From the NCBI RefSeq assembly GCF_000315625.1, contig NW_005434646.1, positions 480,966 to 544,965 of the forward strand: a DNA stretch of 64,000 nucleotides. Reading direction: 5' to 3'. This document shows, piece after piece, positions 51,301-64,000 of the stretch. Numbering within the stretch: the first letter of the stretch is position 1; each line of letters starts with the position of its first letter. The stretch is from Guillardia theta CCMP2712. Lineage: Eukaryota; Protista; Cryptophyta. The position numbers were made by a program, and so were the translations under genes. Below the pieces are notes generated by a model. It saw only the letters and a program-made list of their open reading frames with translations, searched no databases and was not told where the DNA came from.

Positions 51301-54300
51301 GCCAACTGCCACCTGGCGGCTGTCGGCTGCTCCGACGGCTCCTGGGGCGTCTACCTGCTCAATCGTAAGCAGGAGTGGGTTCAGATCTACATAACGAGCA
51401 AGGCACAGCTGAATGAACTGAGGTCTGAGTTGAAGTCGTTCGAGGATCAGATGTTTGCCATCCAGAACGGTCAGGTTGACCCATACGTCATGCATCACAC
51501 CAATTCTTTGGACATCCTGAGAGCTAATTCCATCAGGCTGAGGGAGGAGATCTCCCGGTACGAGGACTTTAGCAAGAACGTCCCCGTCACCACCGTCAAG
51601 TTCGCCCCCAACAGCTCGTGGCTGGCAGTGGCTGGCCGTGATGGGTCGGTGAGCATCTTTTCCTGCCATGACCTTAAGATCGCCGGGCCCAACGGGGAGT
51701 GGAAGAGGGTTTGCTCCTTCGACCTGGACGGGGAGGTCTTGGACCATTTCCTCCTGAACGCAGACAAGGCAGAGCCCTCCTTCCGCAATACTTTCGGCAC
51801 TGTAAACAACAAGAAGCTCGTCCCAGGAGAGGTCGAGCTGCCAGGCCTGCAAGGTCGGGTCAAGCTGCTGGGCTCCTGCAAGGGTCACGGCTCGCCGATC
51901 ACCAAGATGGACTGGTCGGTGGACTGCAAGGTGCTCAAGACCTGCTCGGAAATGCTGGAGCTCCTCTACTGGAACATGCCGCGAGGGACTCTGGGGACCC
52001 GGGCCAACGACTACCGAGACCTCGACTGGGCGTCAACCTCCTCTGTCTGTGATTGGTACTTGAAGGGGATATGGCCAACCGGCTGCGAGACTTCCACAGT
52101 CAGCGCTGTTGATGTTTCCAAGGGCAGAGGAGACGTTCAAGTGGTGGTAACTGGGGACAAACTCGGGCACGTAAAGTTGTTTCGATCTCCCTGTTGTGCG
52201 GATAAGGCGAAGTATCGATCTTACATCGGCCATGCTTCTCACGTGCGAAACGTCATGTTCTCCAGGGACAATGACTATGTGATTTCTCTCGGAGGGCATG
52301 ACAACAGCATCTTTCAGTGGAGGTATCTTCCCTTCTTCCCTGACTTGCTTCCAACTCCAGAGACACACAAAGTTCTGTTTGACCTTGTTCGCATCCCTTC
52401 CACCTACGAGATGCAAAAAAGCCATCGTTTTGGGAAGCGCCTGGCAGCAGCTGTAGTTCAGCTGCAGGTCAAGGAGGGTAACCTGCACACGATATCCTAT
52501 CTCTTCGAGCACATTCGGGAGTTTTTAAGGCTTCACCCGACCAGCGTCAGCTTCAAGCAGCTCGAGGACCCTTCTTCCTACCTCTTGACCATCGACGATG
52601 CAGCCCGTAAGTGGATCTCTAGCACTCCTCATCGCCTCGCCGAGCAGCTGGTGGACAACCTTCGCTTCCCTCCTATTGAGGTCTCAAGGAAATTCTTCTC
52701 GTTCGGGTGTGTCGTTCATGCAGACCTGATTGAGCAAGATGATCTTGACTCTGCCATACCGCAAGGGGACGTTGTTGGTTCCTTTGTTCAACCCCCCGGA
52801 TTCAACAAAAGACTTTACATGCTTCAAGCTTCAGGAACCACGTTTCATGCTTGTAAGAATCTGAGAACTGCGGTTGATAGGATAGATCCAACCAAACAGA
52901 AGATGGTGTACATAGCTGGACATGCCGTAGTGCTGCTGGACCTTAACAAGGAGAATGCGAAACAGAAGATCTTCAGCGAACATCCTGACAACGTTGTATG
53001 TGTCGCCATACATCCCGACGGAAACACAATCGCGACAACTGATTGCAGGAAAGATCCGAAGATCGTGATATGGGACTCAGAATCTCTGACAGTCCGAAGG
53101 GAGCTGAATGTCAGGGGGGCCATTGGGTCCTCGTCGATCCAGGTTGTTGGCTCCTCCAAGATCGTCGGGCCTGTTGAGTTCGAGAGGGTCCAGATAGACA
53201 GCGAGAAGTCTTGCAACTTGATCAAGTTCGCCGTGGAGGATTTGATGACGTCAGGCATTGAAATCGATTCTTACATCCAGGTCAAGGACCAGATACTCCG
53301 GGTAGTTGATATTGACGGCGAGCATCTTAGCTGTAAGACGGCCTGTCTTGGCACGTCCTCGCAGCTCCATAAGGAAGGCGACGAGGTCCGAGTGTACGCT
53401 AGAGGGTTCCGACCAAGGGATACCAACGGGATCTGCTGCCTCACCTTCTCCTCCCACAACTATGGCGATTCGATCGCCTGTGTTTTCTCTGACGACTCCA
53501 ACACCGTAGCCTTGCTGGATGCGGCGAGAGGGGCGATCATTGCCAAGGAAGAGACGTTCTGCAGTCAGATCCTGTGCATTGCCTGCCACCCCAAGGAGAA
53601 CATCGTCGTCACATGCGGTGTCGACCACATTCGGTTCTGGAAACCCGTCGGCGCAAAGCTCGCTCCTATGCTCCCATCCTTCGGGGAGTTGGGGAGGAAT
53701 CAAACGTTTCTGTGCATCGGTTTCTGTTTCGTGCAGTACTTGCTGTATGGAGGAGAAACGTGGGCTGAAGGATGTCCGGGGGGCTTCGTGACTTTGACGG
53801 GGACAGTGGATGGTTGTGTGTACATGTGGGAGTCCAATCAGTTGGTGAAGACTATCTTCATGGCACACGACGGGCCTGTCTTGGATCTCGTGGTCCTGGA
53901 CAACGTGGACTCGAGCATCTTGACGGTTGGCAGTGACCAGAAGGTGAAAGTCTGGAACATCGTGGACTGGTCCTCCCCTCCCCAGGTGATGCTGCCTGAG
54001 GAGAGGCAGATCTGCCAAGTTGACATGTCGGATCTGCTTCGAGAGAGCCCAGCACGGCTTGGGCAGGACTCTGCCCTCGTCAGCGTGTGCGTCAACGAGG
54101 ATTCTGTGCTGGTGGGAACATCCTGCGGCAAGATCGTACAGCTCTTCTTGGAAGACTCCAAGTTGACAGGCCGGTATGTCGTCCGAACGGACAGCTCCAC
54201 GTTTGTTGCCGGGGAGAGCGCGTTTGTGGTCTGTGACAGCAAGTCCTTAGGGTTTGTTTCTTGCAGCGCCAGTTGTCACGTGAAGAAGTGGAAGATCAAC

Positions 54301-57300
54301 GATCATGGAGATTTCTTTCCTCTACAGTGGATGGAGAGCAGCTGGACCCTTGCTGAAGTAACGGCTCTGGAGTTGTGCAGCAACACGGAGAACTCAGAGC
54401 TCCTAGTCATCGGGCACAGGGATGGGAAGGTGGCAATCTGCGACTATCAGGCCTTCCAGCTCATGCATGTGATGGATGAGCCTGCTGCTGGAGGGGTTGT
54501 GCTCCTGAGGAGCTCGCCTGACAGGAAGCACCTTGCAGTGACCTTCAGCCTCGGGGTGGTTCACCTCTACAGCCTGACAACTTTCAGTCGGGTCGCAAGG
54601 ATTTCGGGTGACAAGCAGGAGGTGTTCGGGTTGGAGTGGTCAAGAGACTCAGCCATCCTGTTCACCAACCTGGTCCAAGGGGACAAGAGCGTCAGCGTTG
54701 ATGGATCCCACGAGCTCGAGCTTCGAGACATCACCTCCCTTCACGAGGTCACGACGGCTGGTTGGTCCAGGTACGCCTCTAGATCTTCCCAACCTGAAGT
54801 TGCTGACCTGCTTGCCGTCTCAGCCCGACAGGCTGGGCTTCCAACGGGTTCCGCGCGGCCGACGGGCTCCTGGCAGGAGTCACTTGCGTCCAGCTGTCGC
54901 CGAGCCAGACGTTCCTTGCAGTGGGCGATGACTTCGGGAGGGTCACCCTGACGGACTTTCCCTGTCTGACCAGCAGCGAGCTCAGGCTCTCCCCCTTCGC
55001 CGCTCACCATGGCCCGGTGAGCAGCCTGAGCTTTTCCCATGACGGTAGCCTGCTCCTCTCCTCCGGTCTGCGGGACGGCTGCCTCCTCGTCTGGCAGGTC
55101 ATCGACATCCCTTCCGACGACTTCGAGCCCAGCCCTCACCTGCTCCGCGTCCTTCGCAAGTTCGAGTCCCCGTATCAGGTCCCTCCGGTCCCGGTAGAGG
55201 AGCAGCAGGACATCTTCGAGCAGGTGCCGGACTATGTCGTGGGCCTCATCAAGCCGGCGGACCGCACTGAGGCAGGGGCGCTGGAAGGCCTACACAGCCT
55301 GCCCCACCAAAAGCTCCAGCTGCTGTACGTGTACAACAAGAGAGGGTACGACTCGTTCCAGGACGTCAGGGTGCTCAACAGCGGGGAGCTGGTCTACTTT
55401 GCTGCCGGTGAGCCTCTTTCTGACTTGCAGATCCTACTGACAACTTGGGCGGCAGCGATCGCAGTCGTGCATGACATCAGTGCTGATGGTCAGCTGGACA
55501 GGCAGCGATTCTTCACGAGGCACCGCCATGAGATCGGCTGCCTGTGCGTTCACCCGGATGGTTGCATGGTGGCCACGGGCGACCTCCACTCTACCTCGAG
55601 CGTCTACGTGTGGAATGCAGACACGCTATACTACGACCTATCTGAGAGAGACTACTGCTCATCCACTACCATCCAACTTCGGGTACCTGCTCTTGAGTGC
55701 TGGGTGGGCTGCTGCGGGCTAACTCGCCTCCTCTTAGTCGAACACGGGGGGAGTCGTTGCCCTCAGCTTCTGCGGAGACAACAACGGGAACCAACTCGCC
55801 GCCATCGGGCTCGACGGCTACTTGTACATCTACGAGTGGAGCATCGGCCTGGAAGTTGCAAAGATCCAAGCGGAGGGAGAGCCGAGGAGGCATATTCTGT
55901 CTCTCACCTGCGATTTCAAGGTATCAGGACAGCTCGTTTCCTCTGGCATCAATCACATCAAGTTCTGGTAACTTCTGCTCGCCCTCCTGTTGTTTCTCCT
56001 CACCTTCTGATCTGCCAGGACGCTGGTAGGGAGGAAGATCGTCTCTCAACCTGGCAAGATGGGCGACCAGCAGGGCAGGCTCGAGGTCTTCCTCCGGACT
56101 GAGTTCGGCCCCTTCGCCATCGCAGTCAGCGGGACGGAGAGCGGCAGCATCTACATGTGGAAAGACGCGCTGCTCCTGCGAGTCATTCCAGCAACACGCA
56201 AGGCAGAGATCTACGACATCTGCTTCGTCTCCTCGAGCACTGGCGCTGCTTCCCAGATCCTTGCCTTGACAGGGGGAGCTGACGGCGTCTGCCGCGTGTG
56301 GGAGATGAGGAGCCAGGGGGAGGAAATCAGGATGGAGCGGTTGGACGAGGTCGACCTCAAGGGTCTGCAGCAGGACCGGAAGGGGAGCGTCTGCATCACC
56401 TCCATCCTCAAGTTCGGCAGCTCCATCTACCTACGGACAGCCGAGAATCTCTTGTACTCAGCGGAGCTACACGAGAGCTCTCCTATCCTCGGTTCTTTGA
56501 GGCTCCTGTACCATGGCCACACCATCGGCTCCATCGCCTCTATGTGTGCCAACCCCAGGAAGCTTCTGTTCGCTACCGCGAGCACGTCCAGAGAGGTCAA
56601 GGTGTGGGACATGGAGAAGAAGAAGAGCCTGAGTGACTTGTCGCTTGACTGCTCGCCGACGATCATGGACTGGCATGCTACAGATGAGGAACCCCTGGGG
56701 ATCATCGCCATCGGAAGCTCGGAAGGGAAGGTCATCCTGCTGAAGCTGCTGGAGGACTTCAGGCTGAACAAGCTGCAAGAGCTGAGCAACAAGCCCGAAG
56801 CATGCGTCTCTGCCAAGTTCTGCCCTGCTGGAACCGACCTAGTCATCGGGTACGTCTCAGGATCCATCGGATTCTATAGAAGGCCCTCCGGGTCCGAGCA
56901 GTTCGAGCTCGCTCAGTCCATGAACGGTCACTCCGGTCGGGTGAGCGCCATGGACTGGACTGTAGAGAACACCCCGAAGTTCCTGAGGAGCAACTGCTTC
57001 GACCTGGACGAGCTTCTGTTCTGGCAGGTGGAGGGAGCAAACCCAAGACAGGTGGGGGAAGGGAGCATGGGAGGGTGCGGGTTCCTGTGAAGGCGCTGAC
57101 TTTGGTCACTCGTGCTCAGGTCAAGCGCATGAAGGACGTTGAGAAGTGCCTGTGGCACTCGGACGATTGCAAAGTGTCGTGGGCGAATCAGGGCTTGATC
57201 AAGAAGATAACGAACTCAGACTACCGGCCCAAGTACTCCATCACCAAGGTCGTCGCCTCCCCCTGCAGGAACTTCATCCTGTGCGGGGATCAAGCTGGCA

Positions 57301-59198
57301 AGTGCTACATGTTCCGATACCCCTGCCTGAGGTCTGGGAGGATACTGCGGTGATGGGAGGGGGGTGACTCGTCGTGCCAGTGAACGGAGTCTCGGCAACC
57401 CGATCTATGGGCACATGAACTGCATCACAGGCATCTCCTTCTCGTTCGACTCCAGGTCTTGCTAGCAAACCTGCTCCCTGTTGAGGTCTGACTGTCTTGT
57501 TGAGCAGGACCGTGCTGATCTCGAGCGGAGAGGACAACTGCGTCTTCCAGTACCTCATCATAGAGAAGGAGTGGATGAAGAGGAAGGCAGAGATCGACAG
57601 GCAGAAGCAGCTCAGGGAGTTTGACGACAAGATGACGTCAGCGTCCGTTGCGATGGCCAACGTCAAGTTCTACCTCAAGCACAACAAGTTGGCCCAGAGT
57701 GTGCGGCAGTTCAAGCTCGCCATCCGCCTCTACCGGTGAGGAGAGCCGTGCGACCGCACGGGCCGCTGACGACTGGCAGCGAGTGCGACGTCATGGACGA
57801 TCAAAGGACTAGCCTCAACTCCCTGGGGGAGGAGCTTCTCACAAACATCATGAGCTCTCTGAAGGAAAGGCTGTCCACCATCGCCTCCACCCTGGACGAC
57901 TTTGCCATCGACATCAGAGTAGGAGGAGTCCTCCTGCCTTGCCGCCTTCCCGCTGACACTTCTGCGCAGGGAAGGCCAGCGATCGATGACATCGAGAAGG
58001 GGGATAAGGTCGCTGCCCTCCTCCAAGAGTGCCAGAGCCTCTTCGACACGTCCTCAGGCCCGCAAGCCTCCTCCCTCCTGGGGGAGTTCAGGGCTCGCAA
58101 AGAGCAGTTCACCGACATCCTGCTCAAGGTGATGAGCCGGATGCCTCTGCCGCTGCCCCTCTCAACTCCCTGCAGTTCCAACAAGGCTCGCAACTGCTCA
58201 GGGAGGCGCAGCAGACTCGTGCTGTCTTCGAGCACAAGACTTGGGAGCTGCAGGAGTTCCTCCTCGACTCCTCCTACTCCGACTCGCCCCCCTGGAAGTC
58301 CATCGCCGATAGGTCAGCTGCTAGCTCCCCGTCACGATCTCACACCTTCCTCAGCCTCGTCCGATCGCTGGATGAGTTGCAGTCGATCCTGGCGGAGGAA
58401 GAGGAGAGGGCCAGGCAGTCTAAAGATTGTTTCAAAGGACTCGACGCGTCTAGAGGGTGACAATCTCTGCCCATATTTTGACCTCTCCTCTCCTCTCCTC
58501 TCATCTCATCTCATCTCATCTCATCTCTTCCCAGCCCCTCCTCTCCTCCTGTCATTTTCTAATCCTCTTCTCCTCTCCCCCAGCTCTCTTTTCTCTCCTG
58601 CAACTACCCAGCCTCTACCCCCTTGCGCTCTCTCGTGCTTTGTGCCTGACTATAGTGCAGCCTGGACGTGCAGCGGCTGCTCAACTTTGAGAGCGTGCTG
58701 GCAGAGCACAGGGAGGAGGTACAGAGGCTGCAGCTTGCGTCAGCGTCTGTCGCCTTCCTGCCTGCGGGGCCAAACGAGATTGTCCCGCAAGAGAAAGTGG
58801 GAGAGACGCTTTCGGAGCTGGAGAGGCTGCTGGACGAGTTTGACAAGAACCTCTGGGCGAAGCAGGTTGTCAGGTTGCTGGTGGACATCTTAAGAGGGAG
58901 ACAGAGAAGAGCGCGAGGAAGGTTTGCTGACGACTATGACGACGACTGGTCGGAACCTTCCTTTGAAGATGAAAGAAGGGAGGAGGACGGGGACGGGGAC
59001 GAAGGGGATGTGAGCATGACGCGGCCAGAAGCGGGGTTGAGGGAAGAGGAACAGCGAGAGCAGGACGTTTCAGTGGATGGAGGCGGCGGAATGCAGAGGG
59101 AAGCAGGGCGACGAAATGTAAGGTTGGATAGCAGCAGCGGGAGCGAAGAATTCTCCGAGGAAGTTGAAGATGATGTGGATGATGAAGACGAGGAGTGA
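48369..59198 (+). CDS. Giant EML5/EML6-like protein (three HELP/WD40 TAPE units) with Cys-rich N-terminus and coiled-coil/acidic C-terminus; 5' boundary uncertain
   Basis: HELP-like LELDFVYGY...IVYFTAATGIVYD...QRYFFGHDD; GHGSPITKMDWS; GHASHVRNVMFS; third unit KLQLLYVYNKRGYDSFQDVRVLNSGELVYFAA; GHSGRVSAMDWT. Confidence 0.82.
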
Positions 59199-59394
59199 GA
59201 GGAGGGCATGGGGTGTGAGGGCGGAGCTGCAAGGTCAAGACAACAAGGGCAAGAACAAGGTTACAAGATATGAAAACGTTTAAAAATGTCTCAATGTCAA
59301 CAACAAAGCTAGTCGTACAAACAGCGCATGAGGTCTTGCTGATCCTCACGCTGCCGATCAAACCTGAACAACTCACGTCTCATCGAAGGACGAC

Positions 59395-61764
59395 TTATCG
59401 CTCCCAGTCGACGCTGCCACGAGAGCGAGCCCCGTCATACTTCTCAGCCCGGCTGCCTCCCCATCCGCTTGACCTCTCTCCGCCGAAGTCCCTCCTTCCT
59501 CCCCTGTCATCGAACCTGTCTCTCCGTCCTCCACTGCTGCTGAAGTCCCTTCCCCTACCTCTGGGGCTGCGATCTCTGTCTCCAAATCTGCGATCTCTGG
59601 ATCCAAAATCACGGGATCCTCCATCCCGACGGTAGCTGGACTCTCCACGATATCCTCCGCGCTGTCCGCCGCCTCTCCTCTCGCGGAACTCCCGATCGTC
59701 CTCGAGCTCTGGCAGCTCGTTGGGAAGGATGAAAGTGCCTTCGGAGTAGAAGCGCGAGGATTCATAGCCTTTGACAACCGTCGTCAGGTGCTGGGCAGCC
59801 ATAGGGCTGACGTCGATGACTGCGGATCCATCTTGGCAGCGAACAATCTTGCCGATGCGAGTGTCGAACGGAGAGAGAGTAGACTGAGAGAGAACATTGG
59901 AAACAATGCGCATGACGTCTCTGACTTGGAGTCCTCCTTGTGCATCCTGCGCTGCGGGGCTGAGGAGCACAGTTCGCAACTCGTCTTCGCCAGTGAGGAG
60001 TGATCGCTTGGAAGGAGGGGCCTTGTATCCAGACATCCAAGCAAGCGCCTTGGCAAGGGAAGCAATGCCATCTTGCGCGTACAGCTCCTGTGCCTTGCCA
60101 AGAAAGAATCCTTCAAGTTCAGGGTTGACAGTCTTCAGGTTGTCAGCAGCTCTGATTGCTGACGCTTCCATGATCTCGTCTGGCTGGGGAACACCGCGCT
60201 TCTCGAACTTGATGCCAGCATCCTTCTCGATGCGAGTAAGCTGGAACGCTTCTGCCTTGTCGAACAGCACAAGCGATGTGCCTGTCCTGCCAGCTCTACC
60301 TGTTCGCCCAGCTCTGTGGATGAACATCTCGAGGTCCTTAGGCACTCCGAAGTGAACGACCAGGTCGATGTGATCGATGTCCAGACCACGAGCAGCCACG
60401 TCGGTGGCGATGAGGACGGGGATCCTTCCAGTTCGGAAGCCATTGAGGATCTTCTCTCTAACCTGTATGAGAAGTCAGCAGAGGCAGAAGAGACAACGGC
60501 ATAAAAAGAGAGTGCTCACGTTCTGGGGGATGTCGCCATGCAGGGCTTCCGTCCCCTTGATGATCAGTCCAAGTTCGGCTACAAGATCGTCGGCGTCACG
60601 CTTGGTGTTGACAAAGACGATGGCGTGTTGTGTCTTGTAGATGGTGATGAGATCAGCCAGGAGAGTGCTCCTTTGACGAGCAGCTGAAGCCACTGCCACG
60701 TGTGAAACTCCCTCAGCGACCTTGAGCTTGGACTCTCCGACCAGATCCACCTCATGAGGGTTGACCAGGCTTGTGCGGGCAAGTTTCCTCACCCAATCAG
60801 GGACAGTTGCCGAGAACAAAAGAGTCTGGGGCCTGTCAGCTCCTTGCGGCATCCCACCCATCAGCGTCTCGACGTCATCGGCAAACCCACGGTTCAACAT
60901 CTCGTCGGCTTCATCCAAGACCTGCAACAATGTAAATCATAGATCAAAGATGTTCCAGAAAGAGAAACTCACCAAATATCTGATTTCAGAAAGATCCAGA
61001 GCTCCATTGTTCATCAGGTCGATCAACCTCCCTGGCGTTCCCACAACGATGTCGACGCCCATCTGAAGTTCTTTCTCTTGCTTGTGGTAGGGCACTCCTC
61101 CATAGACGCAGAGGGTTTTCACCTGAACCTGTCCTCTTTCTGTCAAGGCCTCGACTTCACGCTCAACCTGCTGAGCAAGCTCTCTTGTCGGAGACAAGAT
61201 GATGCAGGCGGGCGCTGAACCTCGGGACCTCCTGGTGCGACCAGTTTCGAGTTTGTCGGCGATCAACCTCTCCAAGATGGGAAGACTGAAACCAAGAGTC
61301 TTGCCAGTTCCTGTGCGCGCACGCGCAAGAACGTCTCTTCCCTCGAAGATTTCGTTGAATGTCGAGTATTGGACAGGAAACAGGCTCGTTATTCCCCTCT
61401 GAGCCAGACAGTCGAGAGTCTGATCGGAGATGGGAAAGTTGCGAAGATCACCGGGCTCTCTCTCGACGCTTTCATCGGTAACCTCTTCATCATCAATGAA
61501 GGACTGGTCCTGTACTTTGAAGCTTGGAGGCAAGAAGTCGTCCTCTTCCAGGAAAGACTCGAACTTGGGGCGGGTATCCACCATTCTCAATTGGGACCTT
61601 CCAACCGCGCTTCTCACCTGGCCAGGAGAGCATCGTCTCAACTGACATAGTTCAGTAGCCGGTAGCTGACTTCTTCTCATGATGCCTGCCATGCTGTGCT
61701 CGAATGCCATGACGTCTTGCGCCATTAGCACCGCCGCCATTGCTGTGATCACCTTGAGCATCAT
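59395..61764 (-). CDS. Plastid-targeted DEAD-box RNA helicase (RH3/DDX21-like, GUCT domain, RGG-rich tail)
   Basis: LFPVQ, ARTGTGKT, SPTRELA, GTPGR, LDEADEML, FSAT, LHGDIPQ, VAARGLDI, HRAGRTGRAG; presequence MMLKVITAMAAVLMAQDVMA-F. Confidence 0.95.
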
Positions 61765-62713
61765 TGTCGGCCCCCACACCTTCACCCTACCCCCCGGGCT
61801 TAATATGTCCATCCCCTTTCTCCCCAATTTCCTAGTACCGGTCCCTTTTGCTTGTCAGGACCCACGAAAAGCTGATATTACCCTACCCCTACCCTCTATC
61901 AGAACCACAAACCCTGCAGCTGATACCTCCCCACCCCGGTTCCAACCTATTGTATACCCAATCGAACATGTGGAAGGGACTTCTTTCCTGACCCCATATC
62001 CTCTATCTTTTCTCTACTCCTTCAATAAGTGATCAACGGTATCATCCACCCCTCGAGCTCAGCGACACTCTACACATCCACCCCTACCCTACCTCAAAAC
62101 CTTCACCGTTTCCGTAGCTTGCAACCTCCCTTACGACCCCTACCACCCTACCTTACAATTAGCATACCACCCCCTTCGCAAAGATCTGATAGGCACCACC
62201 CCATAAAATCGATTATCAACTGAGACAATTATGACGAGTACCCCATCTAAATCTGAACCCCACCCCCTCGTCCCTCTACCCCCACCCATCAAATCCGAAC
62301 CTCCTGGCCCACTCGAGACACACAACCGCACGTGCCACCTCATCCCCGCTCACCGTGGCACCGAACTTCGGAATGGCCCGGCGTCGAGCAAGGCGTCGAC
62401 GGTCGCCGCACCGAGTGAGCCCGGCGGCGGCGGACTCCGCCGGCCGGACGGTGGCAGGCCGGGCCGGCCCGTGGACGGCTCCGGGCCACCCTTGCGGCGG
62501 CGGGCCGGGACCGCCGCCCGGCAACCCGACACGGTTCATTTCACTGAGTATACGTACAGCGGCCGGCCACCGTCGTGGAGCAGTGCAGGCCGCTGTGATG
62601 GAACAGGCTCTGTCACCGTACTGAAATGTTCATTACAACTATCCTATCCTAGCCTACGGTGCAGCCATTGCAGGTACCGTTCACTTACTGAACTACGAGT
62701 CATCAAGCGAAAG

Positions 62714-63979
62714 TCACCCCAACCGTTGAACTCTGCCACGACTAGAATGATATTGGCGTCGGGTGAGCAGGGCACAGAGTAACATCAATGCTGTTCCACC
62801 TGCAACACGGTACCTCAACAATTCAGAGTTTCCTTGATGTTGTTCACCTTCCTGTTCACCTGGATTGGAAGGCTCTTCGTCAGCCTGATCATGTGGTGTA
62901 AAAATCTGGTGAAGGACTGAGGTTTGCAAAACTTTTTCGGTTTCTTTGAATGTGTTCATGTTTTTGTCTGCTAACATTCGTTTGACCTGCGTTCTCATCA
63001 AAACAACACTTCTTCTGTTTTGCTGACTGATTTTCGAACGATGCAGAAATGAGTAACTCGATTTATCCTGTATGAGGAAGAACATTATGATGATAGATAT
63101 TGTAAGCAATGCCCTTGATAAAAACCTGTTCCCTCGTCTAACAATTGTGAGCAGCCCTGCACCGGGAATAACAAAGCAACAACGAATTACAGCCAGAAGT
63201 ACTGTGACAAAAAAGTTTATGCAGATTAGTGCGTACCAATTCGAAAGTAGAATCATAAAGCATGTTTTTGTCCATTCCTTCGCGATGAAGTTCAAAAAGT
63301 AGAACAGAATGGTAAATGATAAAAACATTTTTGATCGAAGCGCTCGGTACGAAAGTATCAAAAAAGCTCGTACCACACGGTTATTTACAAATGGACTCCA
63401 GATATTAGACGATGCAAATTCCGCCCAACTTTCGATATAACAGTCGATGCGTCCTTTGATCAAGTGATCTACGATTGAAGTGAAAAACGATCCACTTTTT
63501 CTCATACCAACTGTACCAGCAAGATCTGTGAAATCCAGGAGATCGCTTATTTGAATGCGAGCTCTCGTCAACTCTTCTCTCTCCACGTCATGCCATACTG
63601 CAAATGCTTCAGTTGCATCCAGCCACTTTACAACTACGAGGTCGTTAACCTGTGGAGTAAAATCCTTCAGGCAAGAAAATTTGAAATGCATCTTCTTTCG
63701 CCTGCCTAGATCAATGAAACCACATGATTTGTGAACAGATACAATCTTCCCATAAGATGTTGAAAGGTATTGATTCATTACATCATTGTACCTCGACTCT
63801 CCGATTACACCCGCAGCTCGTAACGATTGCAACCGTTCGACATCGTGGAGGCGGCGACAATCTTCCGGAGATTTACATAACCAATAAAGCCACCTTTTCG
63901 ACATGAGATATGAAAAAATGATCAAATTATGCTCTTCATGGTGGAAATTGATCCTTGTCCAAACTTGTACACCAATCAA
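62714..63979 (-). CDS. AT-rich hypothetical membrane protein with cold-shock (OB)-like domain; likely extends beyond the window
   Basis: YGKIVSVHKSCGFIDLGRRKKMHFKFSCLKDFTPQVNDLV (CSD-like) followed by 3-4 hydrophobic helices. Confidence 0.6.
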   Translation of the reverse strand: MIGVQVWTRINFHHEEHNLIIFSYLMSKRWLYWLCKSPEDCRRLHDVERLQSLRAAGVIGESRYNDVMNQYLSTSYGKIVSVHKSCGFIDLGRRKKMHFKFSCLKDFTPQVNDLVVVKWLDATEAFAVWHDVEREELTRARIQISDLLDFTDLAGTVGMRKSGSFFTSIVDHLIKGRIDCYIESWAEFASSNIWSPFVNNRVVRAFLILSYRALRSKMFLSFTILFYFLNFIAKEWTKTCFMILLSNWYALICINFFVTVLLAVIRCCFVIPGAGLLTIVRRGNRFLSRALLTISIIIMFFLIQDKSSYSFLHRSKISQQNRRSVVLMRTQVKRMLADKNMNTFKETEKVLQTSVLHQIFTPHDQADEEPSNPGEQEGEQHQGNSELLRYRVAGGTALMLLCALLTRRQYHSSRGRVQRLG

Positions 63980-64000
63980 ACAATGATATTACTGAAAGAC

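Overview
This is gene-dense eukaryotic nuclear DNA with many short (about 45-60 nt) GT-AG introns, some longer purine/pyrimidine-tract introns and two N gaps. Three genes carry signal peptide + Phe bipartite presequences, which points to an alga with a complex red-derived plastid; a cryptophyte such as Guillardia theta is my inference, not a verified match. I can reconstruct about 22 protein genes by manual splicing: a U-box/SAM/SAM/PH/AIDA-C2 protein, PAP2 phosphatase, amino acid transporter, plastid RF1, a multi-TM PARP, a SPRY/RING protein, three ankyrin proteins (one with a DUF5710-like module), a PH/PDZ protein, a Na+/Ca2+ exchanger, a plastid thioredoxin-like protein, an IQ protein, a 'WLHLRIDxRPKYY' family protein, RPT3, FKBP, a PDZ protein, a stand-alone W2 protein, a giant EML5/6-like WD40 protein, a plastid DEAD-box helicase and a cold-shock-domain/TM protein. 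I found no CRISPR array, rRNA, tRNA or recognisable transposase. The best leads are: (1) the adjacent membrane PARP + nested SPRY-RING pair, a candidate ADP-ribosylation/ubiquitin defence module; (2) unusual domain fusions or insertions; (3) a recurring intergenic architecture of GGGTRGGG tracts and CCGG/GGCC-rich islands. All domain calls come from motif recognition by eye; no searches were run.
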